Under the pieces are notes generated by a model. That model was not told the DNA's origin. It did no database searches and worked only from the letters and a program-made list of their open reading frames with translations. From IMG/VR virus record IMGVR_UViG_3300021180_000005, positions 39,650 through 103,649 of that record: 64,000 nt of DNA. One strand, written 5' to 3'. The stretch's first letter is position 1. Every line of letters begins with the position of its first letter. Below, piece after piece: positions 20,950 through 30,371 of this stretch. Both the position numbers and the translations under genes were made by a program. This stretch comes from a virus.

Positions 20950-21580
20950 TGCTACTTTCCAATCCTTCTTCTGCGGTGTTTTCTCTTTCTACCATACGTA
21001 TGTCCTGTACACGTACCACGCGTAAGCCTTCTGGGTCTGGTTCATAGTTCATTTGCACTGAATCACAGAGTACTTCTACTTTTTTCTCATCCATAATGAA
21101 TACCTCTGAGTTGTAATCACCATAGGTAACACGATCTCCTACACGTACCACATCTCTCATGGGTATTTTCTGTCCACCAAGGATTACGAATTGTCCGACT
21201 GCAAGCACAATACCTACATTAGAGTGCTGTCTGTACTTCGCAGCAATGACAAGTCCTGTCTTTGTGTTTAGAACGCTGCCATCTTCCATGATCTTCATGT
21301 CTGAGTTTTCTGCACATCTCTTAATCAGTACACGGTCAAGAATAGGTGATCCCGAAGCATAGGTCTTATCTGGGTATTTCTTTGGCGCTAATGGAGCTTC
21401 TTTAACCTCTGTAGATAACCAATTAGTACGCCTATCAATGACTGTTATACCTGAACCAAGTTCTTGTGGTTCTTCTGGTGCTACATTTCGTAGTTCAATC
21501 GGATCGTTTACTGTGCTTCCACCTGCTGAAAACTGTGCACTGCGTGCGCCCCTAGCTAGGGAATCGCCTCCGTTTAACAT
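20942..21580 (-). CDS. GroES/Cpn10-like co-chaperonin
   Basis: PILDRVLIK, TKTGLVI, GIVLAVGQ, VRVGDRVTYGDY, VRVQDI match the Cpn10 fold, with insertions. Confidence 0.75.
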   Translation of the reverse strand: MLNGGDSLARGARSAQFSAGGSTVNDPIELRNVAPEEPQELGSGITVIDRRTNWLSTEVKEAPLAPKKYPDKTYASGSPILDRVLIKRCAENSDMKIMEDGSVLNTKTGLVIAAKYRQHSNVGIVLAVGQFVILGGQKIPMRDVVRVGDRVTYGDYNSEVFIMDEKKVEVLCDSVQMNYEPDPEGLRVVRVQDIRMVERENTAEEGLESSNG

Positions 21581-21708
21581 GATTGAGTCTCCTGAGTCTT
21601 TTAATGTAATACTACCCCGGCTATCCAGTCTCGGCGTGTTTGCGCAAGGAGACTGGGGCCGAGGTTATGCCTGCACTAGGCGCAAACCTACGCAGGACAA
21701 AGTTGTGC

Positions 21709-21742
21709 AAAACAAAAGGCCCTGCGAGGTTTAGCAGAGCCT
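21709..21742 (-). terminator. Probable intrinsic terminator
   Basis: Minus strand AGGCUCUGC-loop-GCAGGGCCU followed by UUUGUUUU. Confidence 0.55.
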
Positions 21743-21749
21743 GTGAATC

Positions 21750-21962
21750 TTAAACCAATTTTGCCAACTCCGCTTTAGCTGCGGCGACTACCTTAACCGC
21801 ATCCGCGATGATCAACGGGTTAAGCTTATTAAGGTCCGTTACAATGGCCGCTTCTACTATTGGCGCTTCCTTCACAAACGCAGCCTTAATCTTTCGTCCA
21901 ATGCTAGGCGTAAACGCACCTACTACGTATGCTGCTACGCCACCTGCAATGAGTTCTACCAT
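21750..21962 (-). CDS. Small membrane-anchored hypothetical protein
   Basis: SD GGAGG + ATG 21962; hydrophobic N-terminus. Confidence 0.55.
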   Translation of the reverse strand: MVELIAGGVAAYVVGAFTPSIGRKIKAAFVKEAPIVEAAIVTDLNKLNPLIIADAVKVVAAAKAELAKLV

Positions 21963-21988
21963 ACAATTACCTCCACGGGGGTTAAAGG

Positions 21989-22501
21989 TTACTGAGTACT
22001 GTTGTGTTTCTGAGTCCAAAATCTAAGGTATTGCATTGCCCGGTCAAGCCATGTACCGGGGATGGGTGTGAAATCTCCCTGAGCTAGTAGTATTTCTAAA
22101 TTACCCAGCTTATGGTTGCACTCCCAACACAATAATCCACGAAGGCATTTTCCACATGACACTTTTCTATCACAACATGAATGTTCGTGGTCAATGTGCA
22201 ATCTTACGTGAAAACCTGTACCCTCAGTTGCTGGGCACAATGCACAGTGTCCTTCTTGCAACTTTAACTTATCTTCGTAGTAATTTTTAGGAGCATGGTG
22301 CTTTCTGGCATTGCCATACTTTTTATAAAGAGACTTATCGCGCTCTTTTGCTCCTTCTCTGCACACCTTACAGCCTTTGTTAAATCTTGAATCCTCTTCA
22401 AATGTTTTGTGGAACCCACACCACTTCAGACCTTTATCTTTTGCTTCTCTGTACGCCTCTGTAGTGATGCCATATTTATATAGTCGTGCTTGTCTTCTCA
22501 T
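21989..22501 (-). CDS. Endonuclease VII-like homing endonuclease
   Basis: HCALC...HIDHEHSCC...SCGKCLRGLLCWECNHKLG. Confidence 0.88.
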   Translation of the reverse strand: MRRQARLYKYGITTEAYREAKDKGLKWCGFHKTFEEDSRFNKGCKVCREGAKERDKSLYKKYGNARKHHAPKNYYEDKLKLQEGHCALCPATEGTGFHVRLHIDHEHSCCDRKVSCGKCLRGLLCWECNHKLGNLEILLAQGDFTPIPGTWLDRAMQYLRFWTQKHNSTQ

Positions 22502-22504
22502 TTT

Positions 22505-22575
22505 CTCTCCTCTGCAAAGGTCAAGCAGGGCCTGTTGCAGCAGGCCCCACTCTAGTACTGGGTAATTAGTCCAGC
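22505..22575 (-). promoter_or_regulatory. Kissing-loop SD-sequestering RNA element, copy 2
   Basis: Stem GGGCCUG/CAGGCCC, loop CUGCAA pairs with UUGCAG in the CCU/AGG SD hairpin. Confidence 0.8.
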
Positions 22576-22590
22576 AATCTTTACTTCAAT

Positions 22591-22619
22591 AGTATAGCAC
22601 AAGACGTGTAGAGCGTCAA
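22591..22619 (-). promoter_or_regulatory. Sigma70-type promoter
   Basis: TTGACG-17 bp-TATACT with TG extension, directly upstream of element copy 2. Confidence 0.75.
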
Positions 22620-22677
22620 GTGCTACACTAAGGGATGTCAGGTCTCTACACCAAGACATCAAACTTCTAAATCACGA

Positions 22678-23568
22678 TTAGATCGTGGGAACAGCAGCGT
22701 TCTGTACATAAAGTCCAGCACGAGGGGCGCTATTTGCTAAGTTGAAGCACGTATTATAGGCAAACATATGGCTGGTCAAATACGTTCCGTTCGTGGTACC
22801 CACGTCAGGTACGGGTGCAACCACATTGCCGCCGCCGAAGTCATAAAGCTCCAGAGGAGAAAGCTCGCCAATGTACCAATTCTCCATGATTAGGAGGTCC
22901 ATACGCGATGCAGTTGCTGTGGCAGACTTGTGGTACTTACGTCCACCGAACGTGTCCGAGAAATAACGCTTGGACATGTCCAGAGTCTTCTCGCCCTTAA
23001 CTTCCTGAGCGTTTACGATCTGAACGTTGTACATCAAGTTACTCTGTGCAAATGCCTGCTCAAGAGGACCATACCAAATGCCGCTCTTTAGCGACTCTGC
23101 ATCTGGACCGAGTGCTCGTGTCAACAGTACTTCTGCACGTTGCGCGATTCCGGGGGTAATTGCTGCGCCGTTCAGGTTAATGGTTGGCGTGCTAAGACGA
23201 CCGGGGTACGCGTTGCGGTTCAGCCCACCGATGGTTCCAGTGTTGCTGTTAACATCCCAAGCCTTAATACCTAGGATGGAGTTTCCGCTGCCGTACGATG
23301 CACCAGCTACGACGATGTAATCGGTAACAACTACGTCAGAAGGTAGAACGGTGCTGAAATATAGAGTGTTGCTAGGGCCATCAGAGTAGCTGATAGTTGC
23401 CTGTGTAACACCACCAGTACGTTGGACTCCACCTGTGCTGTAGAACTTTACGACCTGTTGATCGGTAAAGGCTACTGCAACGTTGATACCAGCAATGCTA
23501 GCAGTCTGGGAAGCGGGTGATCCGCCGCTCAGTACAATGGTAGCTGTTGCAGGAATCTGGTCGATCAT
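22678..23568 (-). CDS. Major capsid protein, exon 2
   Basis: Follows intron terminal G (23569); in frame with exon 1 giving ...NSDGTG/MIDQIP..., about 444 aa spliced; downstream of portal and scaffold. Confidence 0.8.
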   Translation of the reverse strand: MIDQIPATATIVLSGGSPASQTASIAGINVAVAFTDQQVVKFYSTGGVQRTGGVTQATISYSDGPSNTLYFSTVLPSDVVVTDYIVVAGASYGSGNSILGIKAWDVNSNTGTIGGLNRNAYPGRLSTPTINLNGAAITPGIAQRAEVLLTRALGPDAESLKSGIWYGPLEQAFAQSNLMYNVQIVNAQEVKGEKTLDMSKRYFSDTFGGRKYHKSATATASRMDLLIMENWYIGELSPLELYDFGGGNVVAPVPDVGTTNGTYLTSHMFAYNTCFNLANSAPRAGLYVQNAAVPTI

Positions 23569-24261
23569 CAAATATGTTGCGCCGTTTCGTTTGTATAAAC
23601 GGCTCTCGTAATTACTTACGAGTTCAGACTATATCATACCTTTACGGTTCAACTGTACAAGTTGATCTCTTAGTTCTTGTCTCTTTTGGTGAGCCTCAAT
23701 GTATATAGGACTGTCTGTAGTCAGCTTCAATCCCTGCTGACATCCATTTCTTCCTTCGTATACCCGCTCAAACTCTAAACCAATAAGAGCCTGCCGCTTC
23801 TTTATCACTAGATAAGGAAGCATTGTTTCAAGAACTGCTATTCGATTGTTCTTACCTTTAGGCATCCATGCGTATTGTGTTTTGCAGTTGTTCTTGTTTT
23901 TAGAGCAACTAACAGAGTACATACCACCAAAATTACTAATCAACCACTGCATCAACTCTAGGTTGGTGTTTGCTATCTTCACGTTCATCTGGAAGATGGT
24001 TGTGTTGTTTTTGTTGTGGCTAGTACTGATACAAACGGTGCCTTCACCATCGAACAGCCCAGCCAGATACGACCAGTGCGTTTCATTTGAGTTTTTCATA
24101 AAAGTTGTAGTGCTTCGGTCTCACTTGAGACCTACTCCCTTGCGGGATAGTCGTTACACCTTCCTCAGTTCCGAGGAGCGGCTCGGTATTGTCTGATATA
24201 CGATTCTATTATATCAGGTTTCCACCGAATTCTCTACATTTTACACGGGCAGATTTTGTTT
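23569..24261 (-). mobile_element. Group I intron (693 nt) in the major capsid gene
   Basis: P1 CACGGGU/GCCCGUG with U-G at the 5' splice site; P GAAUUCGGUG, Q AAUACCGAG, R AACGACUA, S GAUAUAGUC (P7 GACUA/UAGUC); terminal G. Confidence 0.92.
23629..24099 (-). CDS. Intron-encoded LAGLIDADG homing endonuclease
   Basis: WSYLAGLFDGEGTV, LPYLVIKKRQA; stop codon overlaps the S element. Confidence 0.93.
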   Translation of the reverse strand: MKNSNETHWSYLAGLFDGEGTVCISTSHNKNNTTIFQMNVKIANTNLELMQWLISNFGGMYSVSCSKNKNNCKTQYAWMPKGKNNRIAVLETMLPYLVIKKRQALIGLEFERVYEGRNGCQQGLKLTTDSPIYIEAHQKRQELRDQLVQLNRKGMI

Positions 24262-24705
24262 ACCCGTGCCATCACTGTTGATCAAACCTTCGATACCCTG
24301 CATTGCTGCATCCAAAGAGTTCTTCATTTCCTGTGCTTTGACAGCGAAGAGACCCTTCTGCTTGGAATCTGTGGAAGCCTGAGCTAGCCAAGAGATTTCG
24401 CAAACGTTGAACAGGTATACTGGGGCCAGAGCGAAGGAAGCCCATTGTGAACCGCTGCCACGTAGCATGCTATCTGCGTTGCCAGTGCCTTGTGAAATTG
24501 CCGCACCAGCCTGTACCCGGAAAGGTACGCGGAATGATGCACGTTGTGTCCCGCCAGCGTTCGACTGGTTGGATACAGGAATCTTTGTTGCTTCAGCCTT
24601 GAACATGCTGTATGCGGTAGTTCCGTGGAAAACTAGATCGGGAATTTCCTTAGCAAACGCATCAAGTTCAACTGCTTCTACTGCTGCTTCTAAAAGTGCT
24701 GCCAT
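24262..24705 (-). CDS. Major capsid protein, exon 1
   Basis: 148 codons ending GAT GGC ACG GGT at the splice site. Confidence 0.8.
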
Positions 24706-24965
24706 ACTAACCTGCTATACTACTAAAAGTCTCTCGTAAAATAGTGTAACCTCTGAGCGAGTTCTACTGAGACTGTTCCGCTGAGTCGTTCATTGCGTTT
24801 GTGCTACAGCAATTCTTGGTGTGCCCATATTTAAGGTGTTGTCGCCACCATCACACTTTAGAACTGACGTTGAGATGTAACTCCGTGACCGCCTTGTTAT
24901 ACGCTAGCAACAGGCCTTATGTTTCTTCAGGCAGTCGCGGAGGCACATCTCTGTGCCTTCTTTTA

Positions 24966-25163
24966 TTACAATGTCTGCGTTGAGGCTGCTATATCCTGAG
25001 CCTGAACGTTCACAACAAGTCCAGAGCCTGAAAGGGTAACTGGAATCAGTGTGGTTGGTCCGCTGTTAGTTGGAACGGTTCCTAATGTTCCAACGATTGT
25101 TGCGGCATCTCCAGTATTAACTGGTTTGCCGTCTCTGCTATTTGGTCCTGAATTTGTTGACAT
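24966..25163 (-). CDS. Small hypothetical protein (possible capsid accessory)
   Basis: SD AGAGGA; lies between scaffold and MCP. Confidence 0.6.
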   Translation of the reverse strand: MSTNSGPNSRDGKPVNTGDAATIVGTLGTVPTNSGPTTLIPVTLSGSGLVVNVQAQDIAASTQTL

Positions 25164-25182
25164 ACTTTATTCCTCTTTTAGT

Positions 25183-26685
25183 TTACTTTCTCCAAGTCAC
25201 AAATTTTACCGATTTGCCATCTGGAGTTTTTACGAATCCCCGACCAGTTATTTGCAACGTAATCAGATCAGAAGATGTATAATCCTTACCACCTACTTTA
25301 ATAGGATCACGCACAAGGTTCGTGGGACGACTAGCAACATAAATAGGCTTTCCTGTGTTTACCGATTGTGTTGCTGCTTTTGCCGCTGTTTCTTTCTTCA
25401 CCGTAGCTGCGGCTGCTTTACCAGCTGCTGAGCCACCCTTGGCGTAATTAGGGTAGCGTGCTTGAATAGTCTTTGTAACTACATCAGTGGCGATAGAGTT
25501 TAACTTGGCTTCGTGGTATTGTACAATCTTTGCGCGATCTGGAGTTTTCTGCTTCCACATTGCGCTCATTTGTGTCTGATATGCATTATCTGCTTTTAGG
25601 GCTGCATACAGACGTTCCTTAATTCCGTTTCCTAAATCAACTTTGGTCTCATATGGGAAATCTTTGAAGAAAGGCATCTTCAAGAATCCACCTAAAACCT
25701 TACCTAAAGATACGTTATTTTTCTTTTCGCACTCTTCGGCTACTCCAGTTTCAAACTTTGTGCGATCTTCCGCTGCTGAGTCTGCTTTGGTCTTCTCGAA
25801 TGCAGCTTTTTCTGCTAAGAACTTCTTACGCTCTGGAGTTTCCGTAGGGGTAGTAGTTCTTGTCTTTGCATCGTTGCTCAAATCGTTGTACCAGTCAGTA
25901 ATGCTCTTAACTAGACTAGTAATCTTAGCAACATTTGGTACTACTTCTCCCTTTTCGTTCTTCTCTACAAGGGCTGCATTGAACTGACTAACGAAGGAAT
26001 CCATGTGGACTTCCTTCAGTGCGTTTGCAACTACAGGAATAGTGGTATTATAAAATGCATCTACATCATGTACCTTCAACTTCTCCAAAAGAGAAGGTGC
26101 CAATTCACCCAGTGCTTCGGGATGACCGTTAGCCTTAAGGTCCTCAATAACGTTGTCCCAAATCTTACTATCTGCTGCGTAGAGCATCTCATCTACAGCA
26201 GCAACCGAGTCTAACGCCTCCTGCATTTTCTGGTAGCCTTCGGGTCCACCGATTGTGTCGATAAACGCCTTGGCTTCCTGCATCTCTGAGACGCCTTTAG
26301 GGAAAATTTGTTTTGCAGCCGACCAACGTTCAAATGCTCCGTGAAGTTCTTTAACTACAGAAGCATTCTTGGGGTCCGCATCTCGCATTGCTTTAAGCGC
26401 AGATCGCACATTTGCAGGTGTTGCATCTTTTAGTTTATCTGTTGCTTTTTCAGAAGCCTCGGTTTTAAACTTTTCCTGTTCTTCAGGTGTTTTGTCTGTA
26501 CCATCGGCATTCTTTGTTTCGGTCTCTACTCCCTCGGTAGTTTCCTCTACAGGTTTATCTTCTGTTGCCTCTTCTGTTGAGTCTACGGCAGGTGTTTCAA
26601 CTACGGTTGAGTCTACTGTGGTTTCTGGTTCTGCTACTGCTGTGGATGTATCCGCAATTGCGAAGTCCACCATTTCTTCGGACAT
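25183..26685 (-). CDS. Putative capsid scaffolding protein
   Basis: Acidic low-complexity N-terminus, helical body, between portal and MCP. Confidence 0.65.
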   Translation of the reverse strand: MSEEMVDFAIADTSTAVAEPETTVDSTVVETPAVDSTEEATEDKPVEETTEGVETETKNADGTDKTPEEQEKFKTEASEKATDKLKDATPANVRSALKAMRDADPKNASVVKELHGAFERWSAAKQIFPKGVSEMQEAKAFIDTIGGPEGYQKMQEALDSVAAVDEMLYAADSKIWDNVIEDLKANGHPEALGELAPSLLEKLKVHDVDAFYNTTIPVVANALKEVHMDSFVSQFNAALVEKNEKGEVVPNVAKITSLVKSITDWYNDLSNDAKTRTTTPTETPERKKFLAEKAAFEKTKADSAAEDRTKFETGVAEECEKKNNVSLGKVLGGFLKMPFFKDFPYETKVDLGNGIKERLYAALKADNAYQTQMSAMWKQKTPDRAKIVQYHEAKLNSIATDVVTKTIQARYPNYAKGGSAAGKAAAATVKKETAAKAATQSVNTGKPIYVASRPTNLVRDPIKVGGKDYTSSDLITLQITGRGFVKTPDGKSVKFVTWRK

Positions 26686-26699
26686 TTGAGTCTCCTGAG

Positions 26700-27134
26700 T
26701 TATTTCTGAGTCTTGTACTTCTCTATATAGTCTGCGGCCATTCTGAGTATAGTAGGGTTGTCTTGAAAAAGTCCTAAAGCATGGTTACAAGAAGAACACA
26801 ACAATCCACGAGGAACCGGAGGCACAATGTGCTCATGGTCAGCATGCGGAGTATTAGTGAACTCTCTAGTGCATATTGCACAGCGATTATTCTGTTCTAT
26901 CTTTGCTTTTTCTATAGACTCCTGAGTCCATCCAATTTTAAGTAAACGTCTATTTTGTTTTCTTTTATAGAGTTCGACTTTGTTTTCTTTCCAGTACTTC
27001 TTGTGGAGTCTACTTTTGGCTTCACCTTGGTATGTAGCTTCATAACACGACCTACATAAACCTTTGGCATGGTGTTTTCTCTCAGGATGACACGTGTTCA
27101 CCTTGAGTTTTCTTACAAAAATTCCTTTTGGCAT
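26700..27134 (-). CDS. Endonuclease VII-like homing endonuclease
   Basis: QNNRCAIC...HADHEH..PRGLLCSSCNHALGLFQDN. Confidence 0.88.
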   Translation of the reverse strand: MPKGIFVRKLKVNTCHPERKHHAKGLCRSCYEATYQGEAKSRLHKKYWKENKVELYKRKQNRRLLKIGWTQESIEKAKIEQNNRCAICTREFTNTPHADHEHIVPPVPRGLLCSSCNHALGLFQDNPTILRMAADYIEKYKTQK

Positions 27135-27137
27135 TTC

Positions 27138-27212
27138 TTCCTTCCTAATCAAGTTCGTACGGGGAGAGGATTAGGCTCTCCCCGTACTAGCTCAAGGGAG
27201 CTACCCTTGAGA
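27138..27212 (-). promoter_or_regulatory. Kissing-loop SD-sequestering RNA element, copy 3
   Basis: 12-bp stem, loop CCUAAUC pairs with GAUUAGG in a CUU/AAG hairpin. Confidence 0.8.
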
Positions 27213-27214
27213 TT

Positions 27215-29806
27215 TTATGCTATTGGTTCTTCTAATGCTTTTGGAATTGCCTTGCCTGCTATCTTATGATCTAACGCCTCTGCTGCATGTTGTGCAAACA
27301 TTTCGGGTGTAGATTGTACGCTCATTTTTGCAAGCAATTGCGTAGCTACTGGAGGAGGCATCTTGCTTATATCGGCGGAAATGCTCTCACTTGGTGGCTT
27401 TGGAGGAGGCTGGTTAGCTGCTGCAATTTTCTTTGCTTGTGCTAAATGCTCCATAAAATGCAAGTGTACATTGGCAAAACCTGCCTGTTGTTCTGGTGTT
27501 CCCCAGCGGAATTTTTGTCCCTCGATAGAATTTAACCACTCTCCGCATTCACTTGCCTCTACGCTATGATTCTCACTTTCATCCTGCGCAACTGGCACGG
27601 TGCTCACCTGCTGTGGCATTGATTGCATACCCTTTTGCAGCTGATCTACCATAGCTGCTGCTTGTGGTGGCACTTGCTGTCCACTCAAAGCTGCAGCCTT
27701 CATACCTGTAGTGACTTTTTCCAGTCCAACTTGCATTTGAACAAGTTGTGGGTTAGGCATAGGTCCGCTACGTAGAAGTTTTTCAAATTCGCATCTCTGT
27801 TTAGTTACAGAAGATGCTCCTTCTACTTTGAAGTTCTTCAAACGCAAAGCGCTTGATACTTCTACTAAATTAGCAGGGCTGAATATCCACTGTGCAAACG
27901 GTGTTCCGGGTGCGGTAATTGCTTTATCAACCAAGCTCATTACCTTTACCGATTTTTGTTCTTCAGTTTCTGGAATAGATGGGTTGCTTTCTGGATAACA
28001 CAGCACATTGCCGCCTAGCAAGTTTGCAGTGTTAACAGATATGTTCTTACCATCTATGTTCTGTTTTATTTCTTTACCATCACGGCACTCTGCTGCACAT
28101 TTAACAGCCTGTGCGGCTGCAGCGGCGAACATGTCCTGAATATTATTCCATGGACATCCTACGCGCTGTAGAGCTTGATCCCTTTGAATAACAGCGTTTC
28201 CTACTGTATTCTCTCCTGTAGCGTTACCAAACAGGGAAGGAAGTGCTCCTGATATTTCTTCAGAAAGTGTAGTGATAAACCATTTGATGAAATCCGGCAA
28301 CGCTGGTTGGTGCTGTGGCGTTGGTTCCACCATGATATATTGTGATTCTGTAGTCAACCCCGGTTGTGGTAGAAATGGCCCTATACTGCCGGGAACGTTG
28401 GGTTCTTTCTTAATAGCATCCATATCGAATGCTTCAGAATTCATCCACTTCTTTGGTACTGTACGCTTAAAGAAGTCGTCTAAAAGATCAACCCAATCGT
28501 TAATTCTTTTTTGGACGGAAATTAACGCAGTGCCCATGGCTCTGCGATTTTGTCCTTTGCCTGCCGAAGGATGTCCTATGACTATATGGTCATCCATCTT
28601 CTCGTTTCTTGAGAAGGCGTACTCTTGTCCAGCGCGTGCCAATAGAACACCGTCTGGAAATGCTTCTAGTAGTTCTGCTTTAACTTCATCGCCAACGGAC
28701 TGGTCGAGAAACATTGATGGACGCATCCATGTATACTTAACAGTGGTATGGCGACTCAATGAATCTCCGGTTACGTATGCACCAAGTACTGCCTGTCGTA
28801 CGTTCTCTCTTGCGATACGGTCTAACTGTGTCGCTGATTGACCGTCAGTGCCGGGACTAATTTTGCTTGCAATCCATGGGAACATACCACGAACCATAGC
28901 AACATCATAATCCAGCATCAGTTGTACATACTGCATCTCAGAGAAGTTATCCACAGATATAGGAACCTTATGGTCTAGTTTTCCGTGTACTGTAGTTACT
29001 TCCATACCAAGGGGCTTCTTGGAATTATTTCCTACTCCTGCCGAATTTAGAAGTCCCTCTATCTCTCCTCCGGTTTCTGCGGCGGATTCTGTGGTCTCTA
29101 AGAAATCCTCCTGTCCTTCTTGTCCGGTAGGTGTGCTGTCTGGAGGGTTAAGAATGTTCTCAGGTACAGTTGGTGTTCCCTGATCTTTCTCAAAACCGTA
29201 CTTCTGTCCGTTCAGCTCATATCTCGTCCACATCAACGTGCGATCTTCATTCCAAAATACTCTTGCGCATTGCACTAGTAAATCGTGAAGATTATTATTT
29301 CTTGACCATATGTCTTTGAATCTAGCAGCTTCTTCGGCTGCTATCTTATCTGGTCCCCACTCCGGGTCTACGGGAAAAAATTCTACCTTAGGTATCTCTC
29401 GTGACAGTGCAGAGACAATAATGTCTCCCTTTGGTCCGTACACGTTTGTGTCGTATATGCTATTGTGATTTCTCTCGTTGGCTTTCTTTCCTTGTCCGCC
29501 TCCGGGTAGTTCCCAACCTCCTCGCTTACCACGAAGAAGATGCTGATAGCCTCTCTCAAAATGAAGAGCTTCCCATGCTTGCTCAACTTCCATACGTCGT
29601 GCAGCTACATCTGCTTTCGTGCAGATATCATCAAGCGCAATCAACGTACCTCGTGCTGTGTCTGATAACTCAGCAAACGGCTCTGGAGAATAAGGGAATG
29701 GCGCATATACTCCCAGTGGACTATCGTTAGGAGACTCTGGTGCATCACCTTGCTTATTGGAACCTTCAGCCTCTAGTCCTGTTACCTCTGAAACGTCGTC
29801 TGCCAT
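27215..29806 (-). CDS. Portal protein
   Basis: 863 aa downstream of terL, Gln/Pro-rich C-terminal extension typical of P22-like portals. Confidence 0.75.
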   Translation of the reverse strand: MADDVSEVTGLEAEGSNKQGDAPESPNDSPLGVYAPFPYSPEPFAELSDTARGTLIALDDICTKADVAARRMEVEQAWEALHFERGYQHLLRGKRGGWELPGGGQGKKANERNHNSIYDTNVYGPKGDIIVSALSREIPKVEFFPVDPEWGPDKIAAEEAARFKDIWSRNNNLHDLLVQCARVFWNEDRTLMWTRYELNGQKYGFEKDQGTPTVPENILNPPDSTPTGQEGQEDFLETTESAAETGGEIEGLLNSAGVGNNSKKPLGMEVTTVHGKLDHKVPISVDNFSEMQYVQLMLDYDVAMVRGMFPWIASKISPGTDGQSATQLDRIARENVRQAVLGAYVTGDSLSRHTTVKYTWMRPSMFLDQSVGDEVKAELLEAFPDGVLLARAGQEYAFSRNEKMDDHIVIGHPSAGKGQNRRAMGTALISVQKRINDWVDLLDDFFKRTVPKKWMNSEAFDMDAIKKEPNVPGSIGPFLPQPGLTTESQYIMVEPTPQHQPALPDFIKWFITTLSEEISGALPSLFGNATGENTVGNAVIQRDQALQRVGCPWNNIQDMFAAAAAQAVKCAAECRDGKEIKQNIDGKNISVNTANLLGGNVLCYPESNPSIPETEEQKSVKVMSLVDKAITAPGTPFAQWIFSPANLVEVSSALRLKNFKVEGASSVTKQRCEFEKLLRSGPMPNPQLVQMQVGLEKVTTGMKAAALSGQQVPPQAAAMVDQLQKGMQSMPQQVSTVPVAQDESENHSVEASECGEWLNSIEGQKFRWGTPEQQAGFANVHLHFMEHLAQAKKIAAANQPPPKPPSESISADISKMPPPVATQLLAKMSVQSTPEMFAQHAAEALDHKIAGKAIPKALEEPIA

Positions 29807-29820
29807 TTTATAGCCTCTTC

Positions 29821-30030
29821 TTAGTGCCGCATAGCGGCGAACCCTTTGGCCGAAGCCTTCATATGCTTTACGTGCTCACTGTCTCCCGGCTTAGGTTCTT
29901 TTTGCGAAGCCGTCAGTTTCTTACCTTGCGGAACTCCTAAAGCTTCGTGGAGTCCACCTTTCTTAATTTCGAATGAACCTTTCGATCCAAGGTCCACTTC
30001 GTGCTTTTTGTGACCAATACCTGTTGCCAT
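29821..30030 (-). CDS. Small basic putative head protein (MATGIGHKK...)
   Basis: IKKGGLHEALGVPQGKKL motif; SD AGGAG. Confidence 0.65.
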   Translation of the reverse strand: MATGIGHKKHEVDLGSKGSFEIKKGGLHEALGVPQGKKLTASQKEPKPGDSEHVKHMKASAKGFAAMRH

Positions 30031-30038
30031 CACTTCTC

Positions 30039-30185
30039 CTACTTTTTAGTAGCGCGTGCGTTTGTACCTTTTTTAACACCCATAATCACTCGTTTAAAGG
30101 AAGATGGATTCTGATCTTTTGCAGACAAAGGAGGTTGTTGTGGTGATGGGTTCAGTTTGGTTCTTCGTCCTATTCCTGTTGACAT
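30039..30185 (-). CDS. Small basic peptide (MSTGIGRRTK..., 48 aa)
   Basis: Read manually; SD AGGAG, TAG at 30039. Confidence 0.6.
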   Translation of the reverse strand: MSTGIGRRTKLNPSPQQPPLSAKDQNPSSFKRVIMGVKKGTNARATKK

Positions 30186-30194
30186 TACATTCTC

Positions 30195-30371
30195 CTATGC
30201 AGCTCTCATAGAGCCCTTTACTAATTGACCACCAGAATCAACTCTTGGTTTCTTTCTACGCGGTGCAGGCATAGGTGCCTCTCCCTGTAGCCAACTAGGT
30301 AAAGGTGTAGAGTTTACAGACGCAGTCTCTGCTGGTACTTTTGGTTTCTTTGGTGTTCCTAGTCCTATCAT
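30195..30371 (-). CDS. Small basic peptide (MIGLGTPKK..., 58 aa)
   Basis: Read manually; SD GGAGG, ATGA overlap. Confidence 0.6.
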   Translation of the reverse strand: MIGLGTPKKPKVPAETASVNSTPLPSWLQGEAPMPAPRRKKPRVDSGGQLVKGSMRAA

